DNA of 64,000 nucleotides, taken from Octopus vulgaris. Taxonomy: Eukaryota. The DNA lies in NCBI GenBank assembly GCA_951406725.2, contig OX597831.1, positions 53,134,001-53,198,000 on the forward strand, written 5' to 3'. A program made the position numbers and the translations under genes. Shown here one piece after another: positions 53,627 to 64,000 of the stretch (the first letter of the stretch is position 1; each line of letters opens with the position of its first letter). The notes under the pieces were generated by a model. It saw only the letters and a program-made list of their open reading frames with translations. It had not been told where the DNA came from and made no database searches.

Positions 53627-54867
53627 ATATTAGTAAATGACTATTTTTCTCTATTGTGCTGCCCCACAAATTTATCCAAAGAACTAATATTTTAATTTTC
53701 TCTTGAAAAGAAAAAATTCTGTGTCCATTGATCTCAGATTCACTGATAACTATTCTAAAGTTATACCTGCATATCTGCTTGGGAATACAACAAATTAGCT
53801 GGGTTGAAATTAGAAACCTGTTAATTTTGAGAACATAGTCTTTTTGCTTCAACTAATGTTCATGAGCTCCTTGTGTCTTTTATTTTTTACTTGTTTTAGT
53901 CTGTAGACTGCAGCCATTCTGGGGCACAACCTTGAGTTTGTAATCGATGGATTTGACCCCAGTACTTATATTTTTTAAAGTCTAGTACTTCTATTGATCT
54001 ATTTTGCTGAACTGCTAAGTTATAGAGGTGTTAATAGAGCAACACTTGTCACACATATGTATGATGGGCTTCTTTTAGTTTCCATCTACCAAATCCACTC
54101 ACAAGGTTTTGATCAACCTGAGGCTATAGTAGAAGACACCCAAAGGGCCATGCAGTGGGATTGAACCTGAAAGCATGTGGTTGGGAAGCAGTCTTCTTAC
54201 TGCACATCCACACCTACTTCTAGAAGAAAAATCATCCAAAAATATAAGGTAGCAGTCATTATAGCTTCTAAAATTTGTCACTGTATCCAGGTAGGCCATT
54301 CATTAAGTTTATTGAAAAATATATGTCTTAATTATTTTTAAGTATTTGATTAATCATTCAATCAGTGATTATAGTACTTAGATTTTTCACATGGATACAG
54401 CTTAGTTATTATCAAATGTCATATATTTGGTACTTTGTGATTTACACAAAAACCGTATTGTAAGCTAAGTGTCATGTTTCAAATATATCAACAAAAAAAA
54501 AAAAGCTAATGAAGCTGAAAAAGTAAGAGATGATGGTGTTGGTGGAGCCTTACTTGGTAGGGAAGATATTACTAAAATATCTGGGCCAAAATGAAAATGT
54601 TGACACAACAGCAGTGAAAATGAGGTTGCTATTGATAGAACATTTGTTAAGACTAGACTGGTTACTCCTCCCTGCAAGAAGGAAAAAGAAAGAGTTACTA
54701 CCCACAAGGAATTACTCTCAGATAGGTTTCCTACATGGGTTAAATTATGTTATGATCACTTTGATGGAAACTACTACATGTGAATGTTTTGATGGAGGAG
54801 AAGAAGGAGATATTTGGCTTTACAATATTTGCTAATTTATCAAGAAACAGTGAACACCAGTGTGTGT

Positions 54868-54905
<38 letters not shown>

Positions 54906-56157
54906 TATTCAAATTGAGGTAAAGAGATTAAAGAAAACAATAGGATGATACTGTGTTAGAAACCTGGAGAAAGAGTTTACTATTTCAGTCTATTCCAATT
55001 CATAAACGTGGAAGTATTTGTGTACCTGTGTGTGTATGTGTGGGTGGGTGGATGTTTGTATGTGTGTATATGTGTTGTCCATGCTTTCTTTTATGGCGAG
55101 TGTGTCAATCGTCTGTCTTCAAAGGATACTGAAGGAATGGAAAGAATCAAATGCAATTAAGATTGCTTGAATAAGTGAAATATCTTCATGATTGTCATAC
55201 AAACTACTTGCAGGAGCAACCAAGGGAAACTCTACTTGGTCCAAATGACTAGAAATACCAGCCAACTCTCTATGGAATCACACCTGCTATCTTAAAAATG
55301 TATACATTGGACAAATGTATACAAATAACTGATGTAATGGAATGTCTTTAATCATAGGTGAGCTCAATAGGGACTGAAATGAGACTACAACAACAGCAGC
55401 AACTACTACTACTTAGATGTCTCTGACCATGACCACAAAAATGGACAGTACAATCATGCATAAAAAACATTTATCTGAAAACGATCCACATGTAGGCACA
55501 GGTGTGGCTGTATGGTAAGGAGCTAGCTTCCCAGCCACATGGCTCTGGGTTCAGTGTCACTGCATGGAAACTTGGGCAAGTATCTTCTACTATAGACTTG
55601 AGCCTACCAAAGCCTGGTGAGTGGATTTGATAGAAAGAAACTGAAAGAAGTCCATCGTATATATATATATATTTAATTAATATAAGAAAAATGGAGAGTT
55701 TGAACAGAAAAAAAATCAATTTATATTGCCAGATAAGACCGGAGCCTGGTGCAGCCTTCTGGCTTCCCAGATCCCCGGTCGAACCGTCCAACCCATGCTA
55801 GCATGGAGAACGGACGTTAAACGATGATGATGATGATGATGATATATATAGTAGTCAATTTCATTTCACCTATGTACATTTCAATTTCTTACCTTCATTC
55901 ATATTTTGCAATTAAGATTGCATTATGCATTTAAAAGGTAAAAATCTCTTCAGGGCAAAAACTGACAAATATTTGTTCATATCCTAATGGATGGAGAGTT
56001 GCTTATAGACTGAGAGAGCAGCATGTGTTTGCGTGTTTGTGTTTGTCAGCATGTGTATCTTTTGGATTCCTTTCTAAAAATAGCTTGAGGTTAAACTATG
56101 ACTACAGTGGACAATGGCTAGTTGTAGTTCAGAGGAACTAGGTCATACTACAACTAG

Positions 56158-56828
56158 ACATTTTCCTAGAGAACCCATTTCTCATCAGCAGTCACTATTC
56201 AGTCCAAAAAAGGTTCATTTGTGAGACATGACAGCAAAGAAGAGCACACATTCACTCTCTGCACATGATTAGACTGGGAAAATTTGTGAGGAACCCATTG
56301 ACCTAATTTGCTGATTTTTCCAATGGCACACAGGTGTCGATGAATGGTTGAATGACCAAATTCAAGCTTCTCTGCTAGTTGCTCATCAGTTACGATGGGA
56401 TTTTGTTCTACCAGGGTATGCAGGACATCCTTGTCGAACTCTACAGATCTTCCAGGATAAGGCTCAGTTTCTAGGCTGTAGTTTCCAGCTTGGAATTTCT
56501 AGAACCACCATTGACACTGGCTTACTCTTATTGTCCGATCCCCATATACTTCATTAATATCCCTCACACACTTACCATTGCGTTGTTGCCTTTATTGAAC
56601 TCATAAAGCAAAATATGCTGAATATGCTCCTTTGTCACTTCAATTATAGCTTTGAAAAAATAACTGTTAAAATCAAACTGCTCTCTTCAAAACTTGCACT
56701 CAGAATAAGAACAAGGTAAAAATACTTCCAGCTTTTATAGCAAGTTGATGCAGGTAGTTTATTCTGTCCTCTTCCGACTTTTCGTTTATGCAATTGAAAA
56801 AAACCACATTATTTATGGGATAACCTAA
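56158..56828 (-). mobile_element. Truncated mariner transposon (5' half)
   Basis: TIR TTAGGTTATCCCATAAATAATG. Minus-strand translation QCQWWF*KFQAGNYSLETEPYPGRS...LGQWVPHKF...FLD*IVTADEKWV (WVPHEL- and TGDEKW-like motifs). Confidence 0.85.
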
Positions 56829-58441
56829 CATATATAAATGCACACGCATGTGTGTCTGTCTGTCTTTGTCTCCCCCACCATCACTTGACAACCGATATTG
56901 GTGTGTTTATGTTCCCATAACTTAGCAGCTTGGCAAAAGAGACTAATAGAATAACTACTAGGTTTACCAACTAAAACCCTTTAAGGTGGTGCTCCAGCAT
57001 AACCGCAGTCAAATGACTGAAACATCTAAAAGAATAAAGGAATATCTGGAAATACTAAAGGTTTATGATGACTGATAATGAACATTTATTGAAGAAAACT
57101 TGGATGTGGGATTGAATTAGCCAAGGATATAATGGGAATAGCTTTGCAAGATAAATCAGGTTAGACAACTCTTTGACAATCCCCTACCATTAGATATTTT
57201 TTCTCTTATTCTTATGATTTCGTCAACGGTTGAAGGATAGCACCCATGATGTGTATAGTGACTCTGAGATTAGTGGAGTTGGGAGGAAATAAGTAAGTCA
57301 TAACTCAAGAGATTGCTGTATTAAGAAGCACCATATCATCATATCAAATCAGTACCTGATCTGAATACTTACAACAGAGTGGACCCTCTCAAAAAGCTGT
57401 CCAGTGGGCTATATGCTAGTTAAGTCAGTCAACTGATTAGGATTCATGGTTTAACTATTTATAAGATTTCTCTGTTTGCTTTGGTAATTTGACTATGTTT
57501 GAATTCAGAAGTGTACAACAAGTACATCTTTTTACTAACCGTCAGCCATTTTGTACATCTATGTAAAGTCTTGCCATTCATTTCCATTATTGTTTGTGTC
57601 ACTAAATATGTAGCCATCTCTAAAGTTTTCAATGAAATCCAGTAGCAAGGTGGCAGGATTTATATTTGTGGGAACAATACAATATGTTAGTTATAACTTC
57701 CATTAATTGTAAGTTATAACTAATGTATCTGCTAACCTATTGAAAGTCTTACACTCCTTGCAGCAAGGACTGACCACTTCATGAAATTGTCCTCTGGGTT
57801 GCCTGTATTAAAATCAATTACTTGCTCGTAAATACTTTTTCTGTTGTTTATTGACAGGTAAACCCTTTTATAATGTCAGACTGTATCAGTTAAATAAAGG
57901 AACACATTACTCTCTCTCTTGTTTGATGTTTTCTCTCTCACTCTCTCTCACACACATTCTTCTGCCACTTTCTTTCTCTCACACACAATCCTTATCTCTC
58001 TTTCTCACCATACTCTTACCTCTTTCTCTGTCTCTTTTCACTTCTCTCTCTCATACACACACACACACACACACACACATTCTTCTGCCACCTTCTTTCT
58101 CTCAAACACATTCTCTCTCTCTCTCTCTCTCAAACACACAAACTAGCATTGATAACTGTTCTCCGGGTCTAATGTCTAGGCTGTAGTAAAGGTAATAGGT
58201 ACTTTACCCATAGAATATATTTTCAAATCTTTTCAAGAAAAGTCTAAATGTCTAACTTCTTAGATAGTTATAGTATGTATAGTTTATCTTACATCACAAT
58301 TTGTGAACAATACCATGTTTCCTGAAAGGTTTCCATTGAAACACATTCTGGTTCACTACATTTCTGATGGCTTGAGTAACAAAAGAATGTCTCTAACTTG
58401 GTGTAGGTTAAATATAACAAGGGACTATACCTCCATTCATC

Positions 58442-58472
<31 letters not shown>

Positions 58473-58895
58473 GCACATAGGCAGACAGACATATGTAGCT
58501 TGTAAAGACTAAAACTCCCATCAAATGAGCAGGGCTACAGCTGAGGAAGATGGCTTTATTCAAAGAGATGAGTGATTAAACTGTGAGAGAAAGGACCTGA
58601 ACAGAACAGGGTGAATGCTGTAGATGAGCTACAGTGCTACTCATATTGCAGAAAAATGGGTGAATCCACACACACACACACATAATGCTGGTGTTTGGTA
58701 AGAAGCACCCATGTTGGTGTCACATAGGCTTCTCCCAGTACACTCTGTAAAGTGGTTGGCATTAGGAAGGGCATCCAGCCATAGAACCCATGCCAAAACA
58801 GATGACTGGAACCAAGTACAGCCCTCTGGCATGCCAGCTCCTGTCATGCCATTCAACCTATGCCACCATGGAAAACAGACATTAAATGATGATGA

Positions 58896-58950
<55 letters not shown>

Positions 58951-60990
58951 GTTGAAATTTATAGAAAAACAAAAGATGAAGACAGGTATATGAATAACAA
59001 GCAAGTGTATTAGTTTGACACTTGGGGAAAAATGAAAAAAGTCTTTTATGTTTCGAGCCTATGCTCTTCAGCAGAAAGGATAAGGGAAAATAAACAGAGA
59101 GAGAATGAAAAAACTCATAGATTTTAGTGGTCAGAGTGTGTGTGTGTACAGATCCTTATTATATGTATTCTGCACCAAGTTAGAAACCTTGCTTTGTTAC
59201 TCTTGCTGTCAGGAATACAGTGAACCAATGCGTATTTCAATGGAAGCCTTTTGCATTTCTATATATTCATTATTTCAAATAGTTATTTTTACATATGTTC
59301 AATGAACTGATTGTATTGGAAAATATACGTGTTATGTTATGTGAGACATAAAAGTTTACACTGCATAAGACACAAATAATATTTTAGTTTATTATTGTTA
59401 TTTAACAATTGTAATAGGTGCTGCATGGCTGTGTTGTAAGAAGTTTACTTCCCAACCACATGGTCCTGGGTTCAGTCCCACTGGAAGACAACTTGGTTGT
59501 CTTCTACTATAGGCTTGGGCCGACCAAAACCATGTGAGCGGATTTGGCAGACAGAAACTGAAAGAAGTGTGTTGTATGTATAAATATATGTGTGAATGTG
59601 TATTTATGTGTGTGTGTGTGTGTGTGTATGTGTTTGGCTCCCAGTACTGTCTAACAACTGGTGTTGGTGCATTTACATCCCATGTAACTTAGCGGTTTGG
59701 CAAAAGAAATCGATAGAATAAGAACCAGATTTAACAAAAATTAAGTACTAGGGTCAATTAATTCAACTAAACTATTTTTTCAGGGTGGTGCTCCAGCATG
59801 GTTACAATGTAATGATTGAAACAAGTAAAAGAGAAAAACAGAACATATGTAATTGAATGGAAAGATATTTGTGTGTATGTAGATATGTATGACAACGCAA
59901 GGTTGAGTACCTTTTACCAGACTAACGCTGTGTGAGTGAATTTGGTGGATGGAAACTGTGTGGAAACCCATCATGTGTGTGCCCGTGCCCCTCCCTACTG
60001 CTTGACAATGGGTGTTGATTTGTTTACATCCCTGTAATTTAGTAATTCAGCAATAGAGTTTAGCAATGTCTTGTAAGTGAATTTGGTTGATAGAAACTAT
60101 GTGGAACCCTGTTGTGTGTGTGTGTGTGTATATATATATGTGTGTGTGTATATATTATAACTTAGCAGTGGAGCAAAAGTGACTGATAGAATAAGTGTCA
60201 GACTTTATAAAAGAAATGTAAGTACTAGGGTTCGATTTGACTAAATCCTTCAAGGTGGTGCCTCAGCATGGCCGCAATCCAATGACTGGAACAAGTAAAA
60301 TATTATATAAAGATAACAGAAACATGAAATCAACCGTGAAATAGTTGGATGTTTTAATAAATCTCTCCAAAATATGATTATTTTCAAAATAAATTGAAAC
60401 AGTTGTATTTCATTAGAAATACAGTCACAAATGGGTTCAAAGAATCTTCTGAAATAATACTGTTTCATGTTATTTGTTTAAGCATAAAATAAACGAATTG
60501 TTTTTATAACCATCTAAGTATCATGCTCAATATATATATATACACTGTTGATCGGCCAGTTACTGTGATAGTTATCTTGCTATAACATCTCTTATGGATG
60601 TTTGAATGATTTATTCACTTTTCCCTATAGTACAGGTGAGGAATTCTCATCCGGTCATGTGGTTGACTGAGTATGTACCATTGTAAAGGTCTAAAACACC
60701 CAAAATGCATCTGGTGTTTTTATGGGCTACTACTGGAATGAATTTTCATCTCCTTTTAGATATTGTTTTGTGTTTTCAATATAGCATGTCCATAAGAGAT
60801 GTTATCTCAGTACAAATACTGCAGTAATTGGCCCATCAACAGGGTATACACATTCACCATGATATATAGATGGTTATTTAAATTTAATACTGTTTCAATT
60901 GCATATACTGGATTTTTATTATTTTCAGTATTAATTAAGGACTCTTTTTGATTTATCCATAAAAGTAATGTATTTTCTATTTAATTTCAG

Positions 60991-61121
60991 TTCTACAGCC
61001 TGGACTATGAAACCATCTCTTGCTTGACCACTTTTGAACATCTGATCTATGTATGTCAGAGCAAACCAGGACATAGCTTTGAAAACTCTTCTTTTAATCC
61101 AAGTAACCGTGGTGTAAACTG
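60991..61121 (+). CDS. SZT2: SZT2 coding exon F (follows the ~51.9 kb intron; not in ORF track)
   Basis: ttaatttcAG acceptor and TG|GTAAGT donor; phase 0 matches exon E. FYSLDYETISCLTTFEHLIYVCQSKPG... aligns colinearly with recalled SZT2 '[25 protein letters not shown]', directly after the exon E sequence. Confidence 0.88.
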
Positions 61122-63388
61122 GTAAGTTATCTAAATCTCTTTATAGTAGCATTGACTTGGTTTTTCAGACTGACAAGAGTATTTGAGTAGGACTTTGAAA
61201 TCACCTCTAATAATCCCTAGTCATTTTCAATTCAGATTTAAGTTGGTGAACTGGCAAAATCAGTAGTGTATTGGAGAGAATGATTTGCAATATTTCTTCC
61301 AGCTCTTTACATTCCGAGTTCAAATCCTGCCAAGGTGGACTTTGCTATTTATCTTCTTTGGGTCAATAAAATAAAGTACCAGTCAGATACTGGGGTTGAT
61401 GTTATGTATCGAAATCTACATTACCCAATGTGGTCTTTTTTTTTCTATCCAAGTTGGTAGAGTGTGATTTGAGGGAGATTTTGCTGCTATTTCTAACAGG
61501 TCGATGTGGTGACTAAGAGGCACGAACACAATGTATTGTTATGATATTATGCTGATGTTGTCTAACTACAACCTCAGTTTATTATTAAGTTTTGATTAGA
61601 CTTTGATCAAGGTTTTAATTGAAATTTTAGAATTTTTTAAACTCTATTTTAGCGTTATCCTTCCTTAGTATGTTTTGGTTACAGCTGAGACACATTTTGT
61701 CATTCTCAGCTCATTTAAAGCTGACCTAAGTCTAACACTTTATCATTTAAATTAGCTATATCCGGCCAAAATATTCTACATTTTTTTTTTACATTCTAGC
61801 TGGTCAGATGTGATCTCTGACAGCAACCATACAATATCATTCTAAAAGCTAACAGTCACCTCCTCAAAATCTCAAAGCTATGAGATACTGCATGATTAAT
61901 TCAAAATAATGTGGATAAATAAGCTTTACATTTGACACAATAGTGTGAAAGCTAAATAACAAGCAACAACTACATCAGCAAAATAGTTGAAAAGCAGTCA
62001 GCCATGGCTTTTATTTTAACCCTATAAATTTTTTGACAGTTGAAATTCCTCTTAACTACTGTCTATGTAGAACAGATTTTTCTGACAACACTTGGATTAA
62101 ATTCACTTTGAGCTTTCCTCACCATCTAATCCAGCTTATTTGGATTTATTACATTGCCCATCATAATCTTACATAGTGATTTTTAGAGGGTGGTTAGGAG
62201 CAAAACCCTATATCATTAAAGAGCTGGTTGAAGAAGGATTTTGCAGAATGACTAACTCATATATTCTGAGACCTCCCTTCTGTCACAACACTGACCATGG
62301 GATTGCACCTAGAAAGTTACCCTCCCACAAGTCCGGGCAAGGTTGTTTATGGAAGACCAGCAGTCGCCCATGCATACCGGCTTCCCCTCTCCATGCCACC
62401 AGTGTTATCCAAGGGAAAGGTAAAGGCTGATACAGCTTGACACCAGTGATGTTGCAACTCATTTCTACAGCTGAGTGAATTGGAGCAATGTTAAATAAAG
62501 TGTCTTGCTTAAGAACACAACATGCAGCCTGGTCCAGGATTCGAGCTCACAACCTCACGATCGTAAGCTCAACGCTCTAACCACTGAGCCATATATATAT
62601 ATATGTGTGTGTGTATGTATATATATATATATCCATGTTGGGTGTCCATAGCAGTATATCACGGTCAAGTTCTTGCTTATTTCTCCAGCATTGTCCTGCA
62701 TAATCCATGTTTCTAAGTCATCTACAGAAACAACTAAATAAATGGAAAGAAGAACATTTCTAGAGCTGCTCAGTAACTCCTCAGTAGCTTCAGAAAGACC
62801 CATTAATAACTGCTATTAAACATTATCTATAATGGTGTTTTCTACTATAGCCCCAGATTGACCAATGTCATGTGAGTGAATTTGGTACAGGGAAACTGTG
62901 TGGGTGGGCATTTAATACATGGAACTGTGTGGGTGGGCATCTAATACTTAAGGTCTATAGTCATCATTGCCATCATGATCTTCATTATCATCATCCATCT
63001 GTTTTCTATGCTGGCATGGATTAGATGGTTTCACTGAAAACTGGCCTGCACCTTGAAGCATTTTTATTTGAATGAATTGCCCCCAGTACTTGTTTTGTTT
63101 TTAAGCCTCATACTTATTCTATTGTTTGTTTTTGTGGAACTGCTAAGTTAAGGGGTCATAAATACAACAACAGTTGTCAAGCAATGGTGGAGGACATCCT
63201 GAAACTCAAAGACACACACACACATATATGACACACTTCATTCAGTTTCCATCTACCAAATCTGCTTACAAGTCAGCTTGAAGCTATAGTTGAAGTCATT
63301 TACTCAAGATGTATATATTTATATATATATATAATTTGTCTACTGATTCATTCTCTCTCTCTATTTTCCTTTATTTTTATATTTCTAG

Positions 63389-63546
63389 TTCTGGTTCAGA
63401 AAGGTTCCAGCCTAATGATCCAACAGAAGATCCCTACTTGAATCTTTCAAATAATCATGTTTGTACAATTCCCTTCCCATACAATTTGCTGGTCCTTCTT
63501 CCACGTTGCCAACAAGCACAGTTGCTATTTTCTGCATATACTGTCA
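63389..63546 (+). CDS. SZT2: SZT2 coding exon G (gene continues beyond window)
   Basis: atatttctAG acceptor and A|GTAAGT donor; phase 2 matches exon F. SGSERFQPNDPTED...TIPFPYNLLVLLPRCQQAQLLF vs recalled '[21 protein letters not shown]'. Confidence 0.87.
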
Positions 63547-63619
63547 GTAAGTATAGTAGTTTATATCATTAAATAGTTTGTTTTGTGTGTGTGTGTGTGT
63601 GTGTATTTTTTAAGCAAAA

Positions 63620-63722
63620 ATAGTATCGACAGTGACTTCAAAGTTTTGGGCAACTAAGCCATCATCAAACAGTTTGATGATGGTTTAGCTGACTGAAACT
63701 TTGATGTCACTGTCAATACTAT
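63620..63722. repeat. ~100-nt fold-back hairpin
   Basis: ATAGTATCGACAGTGACTTCAAAGTTT...CTAAGCCATCATCAAAC A GTTTGATGATGGTTTAG...AAACTTTGATGTCACTGTCAATACTAT. Confidence 0.9.
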
Positions 63723-64000
63723 GTGCAAAGTTTAAAATGTGGTATATTTTGTAAGATCTATACACAACAGGCAGGTTGCTTTCAAAAAGGTTACCCCTTC
63801 AGTATTTAAACCAGCCATATCCAACCCAAATACTCTACCTGTTTCATATTAAAACCAGTCAGATCTGGTTTCTTACACTTATCCTACAATGTCTCTCTAA
63901 AATTAAATATTCTCATCATCGAAATCTTGAAACTATGAGATAATGCATGATTCATTCAAGACAATGTGAATAAATATTATATTTGACAAAGTAATCTGAA

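Larger units (their letters stand above)
9068..60990 (+). other. Giant SZT2 intron (~51.9 kb) hosting microRNAs
   Basis: GTATGT...TTTCAG. The flanking exons join in frame with no apparent missing protein sequence. Confidence 0.85.

Noticed and set aside
56110-56166. miRNA-like hairpin GGACAATGGCTAGTTGTAGT...ACTACAACTAGACATTTTCC
   Set aside because: Its 3' arm overlaps the truncation point of the mariner remnant, so it is more likely a template-switch or repair scar; it has no good lower stem.
1-64000. Most ORFs in the six-frame track (YIYI, CVCV, HTHT-rich, or SINE-derived such as 'PNHMVPGSVP')
   Set aside because: They are translations of microsatellites and SINEs, often opened at non-ATG starts, with no splice or homology support.

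Overview
AT-rich, repeat-dense eukaryotic genomic DNA, most likely from an octopus (coleoid cephalopod). This is judged from recalled SINE/MITE families and microsatellite load, not from a database search. The window is an internal part of a + strand gene that I recognise as SZT2 (KICSTOR scaffold, mTORC1 amino-acid sensing). Seven GT-AG coding exons splice into one continuous frame: 116-484, 1288-1512, 2612-2690, 4513-4649, 8905-9067, 60991-61121 and 63389-63546. Five introns are 0.8-4.3 kb, but one is about 51.9 kb (9068-60990). This giant intron carries, on the same strand, the protostome microRNA pair mir-750 (~32.3 kb) and mir-1175 (~48.4 kb). Upstream of them is a non-repetitive island (~27.8-28.5 kb) with a correctly spaced TATA-like/Inr-like pair, a 61-codon small ORF and splice donors, a candidate internal promoter and first exon of a nested pri-miRNA. 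Between that island and mir-750 lies a degenerate ~35-nt tandem array of (T)ACTAAC motifs. The rest is SINEs, RTE-type LINE remnants, decayed Tc1/mariner elements, TTAA (piggyBac-like) and hAT-like MITEs, many long fold-back palindromes and microsatellites. Nearly all ORFs in the supplied track are spurious.
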